A DNA stretch of 52,792 nucleotides from Octopus bimaculoides (GCF_001194135.2 NC_068989.1:75858106-75910897), one strand, 5' to 3'; shown: positions 12,027 to 25,519, numbered from the stretch's first letter. The notes: generated by a model not told the origin, from the sequence alone. Translations and numbers: made by a program.

Positions 12027-12135
12027 GGAGAATTCACGAAAAGATAACAGACGAAGACAGGTGGTGTAAACAACAAATGAATGTATTAGTATAACGCTCA
12101 GGAATAGAGAAAGTCTTTAACGTTTCGAGGCTACG
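12027..12135 (-). mobile_element. (TA)n-abutting repeat with a hammerhead-like 3' half (PLE-pLTR-like), fused to a SINE A head at 12136-12240
   Basis: Near-identical to 15974-16085; cgtttcgag motif; sequence switches to ggagtggctgtgtggtaagaagc at about 12136. Confidence 0.6.
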
Positions 12136-13834
12136 GAGGAGTGGCTGTGTGGTAAGAAGCTAGCTTCCCAGCCACATAGTTCTGGGTTCAGTCCCACAGC
12201 GTGGCACTTTGGGCAAGTGTACTCTACTATAGCCTCGACAGTGGCCATTTTCTCTGCGGAAACTGACTTTTTGATGTCTACCGATATACTTCATTTAATA
12301 CTTTTTCTAACGAGAAAACCTAAAATACACCTTCACATGCCACATCATCTTGCCAGCTCAGATACACACAAACACAGATTTAAGTCATACATTTTAAATC
12401 AAAACAAATGAATAAATAAATACTACCGCGCCCAGACAACATTTGACGCACTATCTGCAGTTCTGATGTACTTTGTAAGAATGTCACAGTCTAAAGATTC
12501 CCACCGTAAATGAAAATGTTAGTCACTGCGGGGCATTGAACTTTCTGGTATTCACAACAAAATCGGTTCTCTACAAAAACACTGAGTTTTCTCATTCATA
12601 GTCGTAGTCGTACCTATTATATTCAACACACAGATGCAGATGCGCACACATACACATATACGCACACATATAATCATATACATATAAACATACATACATA
12701 TGTACATCAATATATATATATATATATATATATANNNNNNNNNNNNNNTATATATATGTATATAAATACATATATATGTATGCATATACATACATACGTA
12801 TGTATACATAGATATATCTATATCTATCTATCTATCGATCTATCTATCGATCTATCTATCTATCGATCTATCTATCTATCTATAGATGTATAGTATATGT
12901 TTGTATATGTATATATACACACATGGCATTATTATACTCGATGTTATACTGGAAGCGAATCGCCCAATATACTAACTTTGAGACCGAACCCAGATTTACA
13001 AGGTTTCCATGCACAATTTTTAACCATACAATTATGTCTGTGTGTATATTAAACGTATGTTATTTTAGAATCCAAAGCTTAATGGGGAAGCTACAGTACT
13101 TCATGCACTGGGACTACAGATTCAACCTTAGTTATGTGGACCTTTTTTTGAGATGAAGATGTTATACAGGATTATATAACATTTATTGAAACTTTACCGA
13201 GCAATAAAAAATATAAAAAAATGTTATGGCTAAAATGGCTCTTGCACGATGGTGTGGCTCCAGATAAAATAACTATGAAATAGATTTGAGGTGACTCGGT
13301 TCTGGACAGATGGATGTCAGTTAGATAGTAAGATATGTAGGCGTATTAATAAGTATTGTTGCTTACCCTCATGTTTGACCTGAGTGGGGGGGGGGGGCTA
13401 TGATTAAAAATCTTTCATCCATGACCAGCTGCTTTCTTTTCAGTGTTAGGTGGTCGAAATGCAGATTATTTTTGTACAGTGTATTAAGATGCACAGGGTA
13501 GCTTGTTTCGTAGACGTTAGGGTTAAGTTGGAGGGAGGTTTCGGGTGGTTAATTACGAATAAATTGATCATTGCTCAAAATTTGACGCTTAAATTCCTTT
13601 TCCATCATTCGGTGAATGACCTCAATACAATGATAAAGAGTATGCTGTCATCTAATTCCTATTACTCACTTGTTTGATGACCCCAAAACAAATCAAAGGC
13701 AAAAAAGAAAAAAAAAAAAAGAAAAAAGAAAAGAAATTTTGATGATTGAAACAAAATTTAATTAGGCAGAAATGAATATTTTCAGTACTTCTGTTTTAAT
13801 TATGGCTTATGATCGGATTGATAAATTGCTCTAA

Positions 13835-13985
13835 ACCATTGATTCTCAACCGGGGTCCATCTGGCCCTGAAGTTCCATATAAGATTTTTCGGGGTTACAC
13901 ACTACAAAATATTAAAATTGTGGATCCACAATAGTTTTTTTGAGGGCCCCTGAAAAATTGTGCTTTCGATGTATGTATTGGTATG
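13835..13985 (+). mobile_element. hAT-type MITE 5' part (related copy at about 40040-40215)
   Basis: ccattgattctcaaccggggtcca / cagtggttcccaattg starts; shared ggggtt(a/c)cac..caaaata..gggtcc(a/c)tgaaaaat. Confidence 0.45.
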
Positions 13986-15419
13986 TATTATAGGAAACAG
14001 TAAGATTACTATGAAAAGTAAAGAGCTGAACTGTATTTAATAGGTCCAAATTAATACTCCCCTGAAGAGGGTTTATTTGTTAAATATTAATCCACATAAA
14101 GGTTTTAAAATGTATGACATTGTACGATGTATACTGTATAATATTCACAGGATGGAAGTTAAATGAAGAAAGGTAAAGGACATGATTTTACTTAACAGAT
14201 ACAGGTACAAATTTATACAATTCTAAAGCAGTTTTTTTTTCAATTTTTTTTTTCAATTTACATAAAAAAAGTAAGGAACCAAATTATTTGTAACACACTG
14301 TATGCAATTTTCATAACCAGCTTCTAAGACAGGGTCAGTTTATTCAGTACAGAGTACAAAATATTGCATGGTATGTTACTGTGTTCCCAGATTTCTGAAA
14401 GCTGGATAAAAGGTAAGGTACCTTATTTTAAAATATGCAAAATGGTGAAGAGGAGAACAATCAAAGCTTAATCAGACACACCGGCAACCCCAAGACATGT
14501 TTCAGCCTTTTTAAAGGTAGTACATCATTAAAACTATCAATTATTGTCTACCAAATCTCAGAAACGTCTGTTGTTCTTATCAAATGTAAGAATGTTCTTG
14601 ATTTACTCGAGTTATTAGGGTGGGCCTTTATCATGATATGCGAGATTTCGTTTCGAAATGTGGCGATTCTTAGCATAGTCTCAGCAAAGCATAAGTGTAA
14701 ATTAATAGCTACCACCCAAGGCTGATTTTTAATTTAGCGAGACACGAAATAATCACTTCATCTAGATGTTTATTAGGAATGACTACATTTAGTATAAATA
14801 ATTACAGCTTGACCGTTTGTGCATTGTACAGGTGTTACCCAATACAGTAAACTCTTCTATTAATATGTGAGTGTGAACATATACATATCTATATATATAT
14901 ATACATATCTATATATGTATGTATATACACGAATACGAGCACACGCGTATAAAATTAATGTTGCTAACGTGCTTATTAAATAGCTCACCCAACATGATAC
15001 ATACACACTTTTTTCTTAAACGCAGGTGCACAAACAGGTACAAAGAATTACATTACTATAACAAGAAACAAATACACATGCGCACACGCGCACAAAGGTG
15101 TAAGACACTTATAATTGGCCTTTCATAGGTGACAATTTGGCATCATGACAAAAGCACAAACTCGACATTCTTTTCTCTTGTTTAAACACGTCTTTAGGTA
15201 TCTTATAAAGTAAAGTTGTTCTAGAAAATGTGAATGAGTCTTTGTCTAATCCATAAAACAGAGACTTTTGAATTCATTCATCTTCCATTCGAACTATATG
15301 GCCTGCTTACCGCAGCCTGCTACATCACAGAAGAACCCTTAAACTTACATTTGTTCTCTTTCTCCAATACTTCAGCATCACTCACATCATCTTTTCAATA
15401 CATATCTTTTATTTTTTAC

Positions 15420-15620
15420 TTGTTTCGGTAATTTGAATGTGGCCATGCTGGGGCACTGCCTTCAAGGATTTCAGTCGAACAAATCGCCCCCGGGACGTAT
15501 TTTTTAAGCTTAGTACTTATTTTATCACTCTATTTTGCCGAACCGCTAATTTACGGGGACGTAAACATACCGACACCGGTTATCAAGCGGTGGTAGGGGA
15601 CAAACAGACACAAGGACACC
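15420..15620 (-). mobile_element. Isolated 3' module of SINE family A
   Basis: ggccatgctggggcac..tagtacttatt..ttttgccgaaccgctaa..ggggacgtaaaca; no head module present. Confidence 0.75.
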
Positions 15621-15748
15621 CCATATATATATATTATAATAATATAGATTTAATCAAAAGATTAAATGTGGTACTTAAAATGTTTGAGACACCAGAATTT
15701 GGTAGGGTAAAAACCAAAAACAAAATCAAGAGATTTGGTGAATAAAAT

Positions 15749-15955
15749 TTGAAGAAAAGCAAAAAAAAATTCATTAGGTTATAGCAGTACGTACGTTTCG
15801 TACAAACTTCATTTATTTATGCAGTGAAAACACCACATAAGATGTACCACATAAGATGTGCATCTTATGTGGTGTTCTCACTGCATAAATAAATGAAGTT
15901 TGTACAAAACGTACGTACTGCTATAACCTAATGAATTTTTGTTGCTTTTCTTCAA
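15749..15955. repeat. 207-bp near-perfect palindrome
   Basis: 15749-15844 is the reverse complement of 15861-15955 with about 3 differences; the centre carries a 13-bp tandem duplication, accacataagatg. Confidence 0.92.
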
Positions 15956-15973
15956 TATATATATATATATATA

Positions 15974-16140
15974 GGGAGAATTCACGAAAAACCAACAGAC
16001 GAAGACAGGTTGTGTAAACAACAAATGGATGTATTAGTATAACGCTCGGGAATAGAGAAAGTCTTTAACGTTTTAAGCCTACGCTCTTCAACAGAACGGA
16101 ACACGGAAACAAGGAGAGAAACAAGGAGAGAAAAAATAAA
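15974..16140 (-). mobile_element. (TA)n-abutting PLE-pLTR-like repeat with a variant hammerhead motif
   Basis: Minus strand CUGUUGAA-GAGC-GUAG-GCU(U)-(A)AAA-CG..CG-UU; the 12027 copy retains CUC-GAAA. Confidence 0.55.
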
Positions 16141-16154
16141 GGAGCTTCTTTCAG

Positions 16155-16285
16155 TTTCTGTCTACCACATCACAAGGATTTGGTCAGTTCAAGGCTATAA
16201 TAGAAGACACTTAGCCAAAGTCTCAAGAAGTGGGACTGAACCCAGGACCATGGGGTTGAGAACCAAGTTTCTTCCCTGCGCCTAC
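16155..16285 (-). mobile_element. SINE family A head
   Basis: ttcagtttctgtctacca..gtgggactgaacccaggaccat..ccctgcgcct. Confidence 0.7.
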
Positions 16286-17090
16286 ATAGGCAAAATATGC
16301 GAAGGACGCATTCACTGAAAAGTTCCGACTGTTTAATACATTTTGAATAAGAATACAATGTCGTTGTTTCTTAGCCATGCAGCAAAACGCAAATGCACGT
16401 TTTGAAAATAAATGTTTTAGTGTATTTTCGATATATCGTTGAGATCACAGTAAAGTTTATAATTTTCCAAATTTTATCTATGATTTCTGAATGCTATTTG
16501 CAATTTCATCAGCATGATTTTTATTCCCGTTTATCATGCTGACAAAATGTTTTAAATAAAGTTAGGGGTTTAAAAATATTATCATATACTGTGATTTTAG
16601 GACCCATGCGAGTTCTTCCAGGTTGGAACTGAGGGGAAAAAAAACAAGCAAAACAATTTTATCAAGGTTTAGCCTCTGTCCAGAGTAAAAATAAATAGGT
16701 CAGTGTATAACTTACAAACCAGAAGTTCTAACACGTTACAAGTCAATAAAAATTTATCTATAATAGTTTGATGATCTTGTCATTGTATGCGACGATATCA
16801 CAATAGTTAATGTACAAGAAGCCTTTTATCATAGGACAAAAGAATGTAATTCAGAATCGAGCCATTTGAAGGAGAATAATTTACTAGTTGTACAGTTGCT
16901 CAGATTTGATAACCTTAGAGGTGACTTTCAAAGCGACTGAAAAAAAATAGTGTGAAATAATTGGCAATTAGAGTAGTGCTATATATATATATATGTGTGT
17001 GTGTGTTGTGCGTGCGTGTGTATGTATATACATATATATGTGTGTGTGTATGTATATACATATATATATATGTGTGTGTATGTATATATG

Positions 17091-19259
17091 ACATGGTTCT
17101 CTGCGATCTGAGATTGTATCACCTAAAGATCAAATCCAATGACATCTCTCCAATCCATCCATTTGACACTACGGATCTTCATAACGCAGATTGGGATGTG
17201 ATCAATCATGATCTTTCATAAGTTGACTGGGCTTTCACGTACGCACACACCCCAAGCATCATAAGCACATCATGGCAGACATTTGTAGATACTGTGACAA
17301 ATATATGCGCAAACCATACTCCATTAAGATTAGTATACAGATCTAAGCGCAGAATCCCTAGAAATAGCAGAGCAATTATCAGAAAAATAAAAGGAATTAA
17401 CAAGAAAATTAACCAGCTGAAATGCTGCCTGCAGCAACGTACCCATTCGACTGCCATTGTATCACTCAATCCAAAAAAGCATGGTGACCATCATTAACTG
17501 TCAAAGAGCAGCTGAGGAGAGTTGGGACATTAAGACAATAAAACTCAATCCCCAAATGTTCTTTTCATTTGCAAAAACAAAAACAAAAACATAAAGATGC
17601 TGTTTCCATTGGTTGACGAGAACACCACTCTACATGAAGATGTAAAATCTATGTGCGAGATGCTGCAGAGACAATACTGATCTGTCTTCAGTAACGCTAA
17701 TACTGTTGATCTGCCTAGTATCCGTGATGTAAACCCTCAACTAACCATATCTGATATAACTTGTGGTGCTCCTGATACCCTAACAGAAATAGATAAGATC
17801 AAGCACAACTCGGCAATAGGTCCCGATAAGTTCCCGACCACTGTCTCGAGGGTGTGTCGACATCAATTTGCACCCCCTCTAGATGAGTCCTGGAGACACT
17901 CACTTGATGCAGGCTACATTCCTGATCATATTCTTTCTCAGTCTGTCGTCCGAGTCTTCAAAAGGGGAAACAAATATCTCGCAATGAACTACCGTCCGAT
18001 TTCACTCACTTCTCATGTCATTAAAGTATTTGAGAGGGTGGTGAGATAGTGATTAACTCACTTCCTCGAAGACAACAGTCTGCTGAACTCCAACCAGCAT
18101 GGTTCCCGTGATGGCAGGGACTGCCTGTCGCAGCTTCTGCACCATTTTGGTGACATCTTAAAAGTATTGGGAGGGGGCCCCAACACTGACGTCATATACC
18201 TTGATTTCAGCAAGGCATTTGACAGAGTGGATCACAGAATCCTGCTGACGAAACTGTCCAACATAGGAGTCTGTGGAAAGCTGCTGCAGTGGATAAAGTG
18301 TTTCCTGCCGAACAGAACACAACATGTTATGTTTGATGGAATACGATCCAGCTCAGCCAAAGTCAGTAGTGGTGTCCCACAAGGTACTGTGTTGGGCCCA
18401 TTCCTATTCATTATTTACATCAACGACATAGTAGATGTCATCAAACATTCTACATTGAAAATCTTTGCAGATGATTCCAAACTCCAGAAAGCCATAAACG
18501 GGATGAGAGGCCTAATATGCCTTCAGTCAGATCTGTTTGCTATTGTCCAATGAGCGGAATAAAACAATATGCTTTTAAATGAAGATAAGTTTGATTTGAT
18601 CCATTTTGGAAAAGAGGAAACTCTGAAATTACCATATGCTCTTCCCTCGGGCGACTCCCTAGTGCCATCCAACAACACCAGAGAACTTGGAGTAATTGTT
18701 GATAACGATCTTAGCTGGAGTTCCCACGTAAACAGCAAGGTTGACTTGGCCCGCAAGATGTGGTCCTGGATTCTGAGAACTTTCAGGTCAAGAAATGCCT
18801 ACATCATCATCATCCTTCTTTACTCTACTTTTTCCCGACCCCACCTTGAATACTATTGCCCACAGTGGTCCCCCATACGAAGCAACTCATTATGAAAGCA
18901 GAAGCAAGAAAGATAGACAGCATGAGAAGCTTTGATTATTGGGATTGACTGAGAAAACTCAATCTCTACTCTCTCCAACGCCGCCGGGAGCGCTACGTCA
19001 TTTGTGTTATGTGGAAAATATTCCATCAATATTGCACAAATGATGTCGGCATCAATTTTAAAATCCAACCAAAACTTGGCCCCGTCCTATCCGCCCACTA
19101 CAAAAATCGAACTCGGTACACATACTAACATTACGTCACAATTACTCTACCTCAACCGGTCCGGCTTTCTTTAATACTATACCAAAATACGTCAAAACGG
19201 AAACGGATCTCATGAAATTCAAATGTTCACTGGACAAATTTCTTAAAAAAATCCCGGAT
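17091..19259 (+). mobile_element. CR1-clade LINE ORF2 relic (RT domain, 5'-truncated, with stops and frameshifts)
   Basis: NYRPISLTSHVIKVFER, QHG, DVIYLDFSKAFDRVDH, SGVPQGTVLGP, FADD (18464-18475), RPHLEY..QWSP, ERYVICVMWK; microsatellites on both sides. Confidence 0.92.
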
Positions 19260-19462
19260 TTATATATGTATATATATGTGTAAATATATCTATAACTGAA
19301 AGTTTGTTTATATACACACGTGCTTATATACATATGTATATACATATGTGTATATACATATGTGTGTCTATGTGTATATATGTATTTATATATGTATACA
19401 TATGTATATGTATACATGCATATATGTATGTATGATATATATATATATATACACATACATAT

Positions 19463-19521
<59 letters not shown>

Positions 19522-19879
19522 AATACATATACATATATTCATATGTATATATACTTACATATAACAATACTAAGCTTGAAACAGGTGTTGTGTTTAATGT
19601 TTTATACATACATTCACATACTAACATTTATATACATGAATACGCACATGTTTATGTATATATGCATTTGTGTCGTTACTGTAATATTTTCAACTCATGA
19701 CAGAGAAATGAGAAATAAATAAAAAGGAAATTAAGGCACCTAAGTAGAAATTGAACTATCAACAATTACACACACATACGCATACACACACACACGCATA
19801 CACACACATCCACACACAAACACATACACACACACAAACATAGAGGCACGCATACACAGAGAAACTCCCATACATACCC

Positions 19880-19890
19880 ATATATATCAC

Positions 19891-19948
<58 letters not shown>

Positions 19949-19961
19949 TCTATTCTATCTA

Positions 19962-20050
<89 letters not shown>
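19880..20050. repeat. Compound (ATCT)n/(GTCT)n microsatellite
   Basis: Direct reading. Confidence 0.9.
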
Positions 20051-21189
20051 GTCACTACCACGCAGCTATAATTGCAACGAATCACGGAAAATAGCAATGC
20101 ACGCATTAGCAATACACCCCACCCGAAAACACGCATTCACACACTATACATACAGTCTAAACGGAAGATGGCAATTGCATTCTCATAATGTTACTCCTGG
20201 TTTAGTTTCAACTAGGTGGAGTACAAATGAAATGATACTGAAACCTTGCAACATAAAGGGATATTATTTAGTCAACCAAGGACTGAGAGCACCAGTGACA
20301 AAGAAAGAAAAGAGCGATGACTGTACATAGGTTCATTATATTATTGAACCCTAAACTATTTGTATGTGAATAAGACATTTGTATATGAGTAAAGGAAAAA
20401 TGTTAAGCATTACGCTACTGACGTACATTCCATTTGTGAAAGTCATTCTTTATTTGTATATGAGTCGTATCATTAAAAATATAATTAGGTGCTATTACAT
20501 CAGTCCCTGGCAAGTTCTGAATAAAGTCTCCTACTGTTATTGTTGCTGCTGTTTCTTTGTTTGTTTGTTTCTTTGTTTTCCTGAAGTATTTTTGTTGGGA
20601 TGGAGTAGAGATATATTTCTTTGACGACAATCATATCTGTGTAATAATAACAACTGACCTCATGTTTTAGTATAATACATACTACGTATGTACATACATA
20701 CATAGCTAGATACATAATACATACATGCATAAGGTACATACATACATACCTGCATACATACATACATACATACAAACATACATACGTATAACGTACAAAA
20801 AACATACACGTGCGCCAACGCACGAACAAGGATGAAAATACTAGATACAAGGCAGAAATAAGTAATTATAACCAAAATTTAAGACCCTCGTCTTTCCGAG
20901 TTTCGGGTTACCGTCTTTTATGGCTAAAACTGTTGTAATAAAAAGCGGTCACAAAAATCATGTAACAGCTCTAGTGTATGATTTCGGTTTCAATTGTGTC
21001 TTTGTAAATACACACACATGCATTTATACATGCATAATTACATGTGTACATACACACATATATACACACAAACAAAAGGAGGTTATACTGAATATAAGGC
21101 AAAGTGAGAGAACTTTTTTCATTAAGCGACACAGGTGGCTCATTTTGTGCTTGTTGATTGAGTAACTTTTTTCCTGTCCTTTATTGGCT

Positions 21190-21915
21190 CCAAGCAAAAG
21201 CAATGTGCCATCATTAAGTTGTCCGACAGCTACATAATATCCAAATACTAGAGTAATGTGCACAGATGGATGAGGAAGGAGAAGCCAGTATTGTAGAAAA
21301 CCCACATAGTGGGAAACTTGTGATATGAATAACCAATCAATGAATAAACTGATCCATGTGGATAGACGAGTCATAATCTGTGAGTTTGCTGCTCGACTGG
21401 ATAGTGGTCAGTTGCATTACAGACGATGATGAAAGAACGGAAACTATGTGCAAATGGGTACTTCGGCAGTTGACACCCGATTTGGAGAGAAAGGTGGAAG
21501 TGTGTTCTAATTTGCTGAAAGCCTTTAAAGCGCGTTTTATTTTCGAAATTTTTATAGAAGACGAAAAATCTGCGCATATTTATGATACGCAAACGAAGGC
21601 TCATTTCGCTGAACGCTCAGTGGTGTCACACCACTTTTCGAATCCCTAAGAAGTTCAAGAACCTGCGATTGCTACAGAAATTCATAGTGACAGTCTTTTG
21701 AGATGACGGTGGAGAGAGGCAGTCTCTTTCCTTTTCTGTTACGTGGTTGTATCGTCCGTGAAAAGTTGACAGTGCCTTGAGATACTCAAAAAGACTAGGG
21801 AAACTATTAGGGATCAGAGACCCAGCAAAAGTCTAATCATGCTCTTCATTTACTAATGCGTGACCACACACGTCTTTGGCAATAAATCAGATAATCCGCA
21901 AAGTAGGTTGGTCAT
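21190..21915 (+). pseudogene. Degenerate mariner transposase (N-terminus to second catalytic Asp region)
   Basis: QCAIIKL, VHRWM..ENPHSG, LIHVDRRV, LCKWVLRQLT (WVPxxL-like), IEDEKSAHIYDTQTK, FIVTVF*D, NA*PHTS. Confidence 0.75.
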
Positions 21916-21929
21916 AATAAAGAGCATGC

Positions 21930-22960
21930 GGATTTGTGCATCCACAAAATTTATTTTATAGTTATATACAACATATTATAATAACCTATGCGTGTTTCAG
22001 CTGCAGCAACTACTCACTGTTGCAAATGTAACCTTTCAATATTGTTGGTGTAGCATCATCAGGGTTCGCCCATTTGGTCATCCTCTAAGTGAACTGATTG
22101 AAGTAAAGTTTTGTTAGTTAGTATTCTGTAGGGAGTGGGAGTGTTGTCATTTACTGGTATGTGCTGTTGACCTCAACTTCACCTCAGTCGCTGTCCGAAG
22201 TTAGGGCTTGGTCTTAAAACAGGATATGATCGAGATTGTTGTTAGCTTTTATGGTTGTGTGTTATTTTTAATTTCGGGTGCAGTACAAAGTTCTTCCTTG
22301 TTTATATTTATTTTTTCTTGGTTGGGCTTCTCATTACTTGTGTTGTACATTGTGTAGGGTATTTGCTTTTTTAATAATGACTGTTATTAAATATTTTTAT
22401 GTTAGAGTTTATGCAGTTCTATTTGTTATATCAGGCCCAATTGTCGCTGGGGCGTCGGCTATCTAGAATTATCTTTATATCTCTTAACGGTCCGACTGTA
22501 CTTGCATAAACATCAAAGGGCTTGTTCGTGTCTTGTATTAATTAATATGTGCTTTGATGTAAATATTTGGTAAAGCTCCTCAACGCACAGCGCATCTATT
22601 TCCCCCTATTTGATAAGGCTTAGCATTACTAATTAGTTCCCAATCGATAGAATAGCTATTGTTTTTGTCTCTAATTGACCAAATTAGTTTACTTAGGTTT
22701 GTATCAACTATTTTTTCTATGTCTAAAGGAATTTATATGATTGGCCAGTCGTATTTTGATAAAAAGAGAGCTGGCCCCTTTATGAAAGTACTCTCTTCCC
22801 TCCTAGGTAACTTTACAACTATAGACCAGGTTCTTCGTTTTACATTTTGAGTTTAATGGGCAAACTTTATCTTTAGCACAGTTACATAGACCTGTTTGTC
22901 TATTTCTATTATCTATTAAGTTATTGACTTCACTAGAAGTCTCTCATATTCTTTTCTCCT
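21930..22960 (-). mobile_element. 5'-truncated Penelope-like element: GIY-YIG relic (about 22545-22960), 3' region and pLTR hammerhead
   Basis: LCNCAKDKVCPLNSKCKTKNLVYSCKVT*..FHKG..IKIRLANHINSFRH..TNLSKLIWSIRDK..IDWELISNAKPY..NRC, which is a typical PLE endonuclease pattern. Confidence 0.85.
21983..22066 (-). ncRNA. Type I hammerhead ribozyme candidate in the PLE 3' terminal repeat
   Basis: AACC-CUGAUGA-U-GCU..AGC-U-GAAA-C-ACGC-A-UA|GGUU. Core and 4-bp stem I are intact; there is a U:U mismatch at 10.1/11.1 and a C:A mismatch in stem III. Confidence 0.6.
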
Positions 22961-23029
22961 CCTGTAACCGAGCTGTTCAATAAATGGATACAATAAAATA
23001 ATATCAGATAGGTTTTATTATAGTGGGTC

Positions 23030-23590
23030 ATGTGTTCAACTAAGCCCTTCAAGTCGGTGCCCCAGCTTGGCCAAATTTCAATGACTGAAGCCTGTGAAAA
23101 ATATGACAATAAATATCTTTATACGTTATTAATAATGAATTACTTTTCGAGATTTGATACAATAAAACTAAATGGTGGAGGCATTCGATTTTGTGAACGA
23201 ACCAAGAAATACTGCAGCTATATATCAAATCGTCGATGTTATATATCAAATTGCTGATGCTATATATCTGTCCCAGCACAGGATCAAGGCCTTGTATTGT
23301 GGTAGCTTGTCTGCTTCGGTGAGCCTGAGAGCTATTCCAGAGGAGTACAAGCCCCTGGCAGCGTCTCCCATTCTGGACAAATCAAAGGATTGAGTTCAGA
23401 CTAATATGGACCACCTCTTCTCAGAAGTACAATCGTTTGCTTACAACCAAAATCCACTACCTAGAGGAAAGCAAAGTTACAGAGCGATCGATAACTTTTC
23501 AAAACAAGCAAAATCTTGGGGAGCAAAGGACAACCTAGATTCGAGAACAATGAAGAAAAGTCTCCTGTGGCCTACGCTTCATACGTAAGT
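23030..23590 (+). pseudogene. Very degenerate Gypsy/Ty3-like integrase fragment
   Basis: YDNKYLYTLLIMNYFSRF resembles the rve (Y/F)lLvivDyFSRf motif; DHLFSEVQSFAYNQNP resembles the LFAYxxxP motif; stops and frameshifts throughout. Confidence 0.4.
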
Positions 23591-24563
23591 TTGTATATGT
23601 TGGTCGCAAATCCTATCAGAAGCGTCGCTGTTTTTCGGGAAAGGGACAAAATTTGTACCTAGAAGCCACAGTCTCAGAATAAATGTCGCAAAGTTTCTAG
23701 TCAGGTGCTTTAACAATTCCACCCTAGTACTTTTTCATCGACCTCAGGAAAATGAAAAAAATCAACTCTAGATGATCACAATGAGTTTTGAACTCTGAGC
23801 ACAGACAATTAAAATCAGGCATTAGTATCTATCAGTCTAAACGACTCTGCCAGATCGTTGTCGGAATACAATTGTATGGTGGTAAATGTATTACTTGTTT
23901 CTCTGACTGAACAGTTCTTTGATCAACAATATTCCAACCATGACAATCTTGATTTTTTTAGGTATAGTGAACCTCGGACCATGCCATTCAATGTTTATCC
24001 ATTTTATCTCGGCAGAGTGCAGTTTGAGGGTGATTTGTCTGCTATTTCGAACAAATATCAGCTCGCTACAGTCAGAAGTGGAAATACCATACAATGACGA
24101 TTTCCTCTCCTAATAACACACTAAGAAGTATCTTAATTTATACATCTTATATGTATATATATTTGTTGTTTTAATACTTGAAGAACGGTGTAGTTGGTCA
24201 GCCCTGATCAAACAGACGTATGATTAATGGCATTCCGACAGTAAACATCACATCATTTTTCCTATGTGCAGGGAAAGTAGAAAAAAAACTACATACATAC
24301 ATACATACATACGTACATACATGCATACATACATACATGATGTGGAGTCACTCGTTAACCATAGCGTTGCTGATACTCTAGTGGAATACCGAAATAAAAC
24401 ATGGATTCCGTTTGTAACTTTTAAACCCGTATCATTAATAACCACCGTGTTTTTTGTCATAGATATATTTCAGCCATCCTGCGGATAGATTTCGAACTAT
24501 TGATCTTTTAACAAATATGCTGATATCTTGAATGACTATCATCCACGGCGCAAATTAAACATG

Positions 24564-24633
<70 letters not shown>

Positions 24634-24752
24634 TGTGTGTGTGTGTTTATAAGAAAACTACAATGGTTTACACCTGTCAGAATCCAGCGACGGCTCCACC
24701 ATATCATAAATATAACAGAGAATAAATATTGTTTAGAGCATAATTAATTTGG

Positions 24753-24797
<45 letters not shown>

Positions 24798-25012
24798 TTA
24801 GGCTTCCACACTATTTCCATCTACTCTATCCAATTCCACTAACAAAGCATCGGTCAATTCGAGACTATAAGCGAGAAAATATTTTTTTTAGGTGCACAAG
24901 TTAAATCCAAACCCGGATTCATGTGCTTGTGAATCGAATCTCAACTACACAACAAATCTGTGTCTGTAAATTACATTTTGATTACAATTCGTATAAAAGG
25001 CCAATGCAAAAT

Positions 25013-25325
25013 AATTACCCTCCGCGTATAAGCGAAAGCAGGGTCGCTCGTCTTAGTCTGTTTGTCTGCAAAATTACTGGAAAACGGCTGAACGGATTTT
25101 CACCAAAGCTGGCAGAACTACTCATTGGGTGAGTGGCTCGAACTCATTATTTTGGTTTGACTATCTTTAAAACTGGCGGACGGGGTGAATGAAAATAAGC
25201 AGAGGAAATAACTCTTGCCATTTTGTTGAAATATGAATTCGTCTGAGAAAATATTTATTAAATCAAATTTTATTTTATTCTTGTGTTCGTGCAGGGTATG
25301 CGTCGCTCCTCCGATGCCTTATTTT
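25013..25325 (+). mobile_element. Helentron-type non-autonomous element (HINE/DINE-like), apparently complete
   Basis: ttaccctccgc start, (gtct)-rich tract, aaaacggctgaacggattttcaccaaa, and a 3' gcagggtatgcg..ccttatttt end. Confidence 0.55.
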
Positions 25326-25519
25326 TCATTAGATATTACATTCATTAGATATTAAATTAGATATTAAATTTAGATATTAAATTCATTAGATATTAAATCC
25401 AGGTAACACCATGGAAAGTAATAAGCCACTATACCTGAAGTGTAGAGTGCATTATACTAGCAATGACATATGGAATAGAGACCTCGGTAATGATTAGAAA
25501 CATGGAACGTAAAATCATG

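Noticed and set aside
13070-13330. Protein-like stretches (DEDVIQDYITF.., RFWTDGCQ)
   Set aside because: Fragmented by stops across frames and no family is recognisable.
14055-14120. Additional CUGAAGA/CUGAUG motifs (also 37162-37225, 47363-47390, 50967, 11485-11520)
   Set aside because: They lack GAAA, the UH site or stem pairing, so they were not called hammerheads.
14151-14412. Two 22-nt AG..GT segments (14151-14172, 14391-14412) resembling micro-exons
   Set aside because: The joined sequence has a stop in every frame, and such sites arise by chance in AT-rich DNA.
25330-25400. Five ttagatatta(a/c)at repeats
   Set aside because: A short degenerate tandem repeat with no unique spacers; not CRISPR-like.
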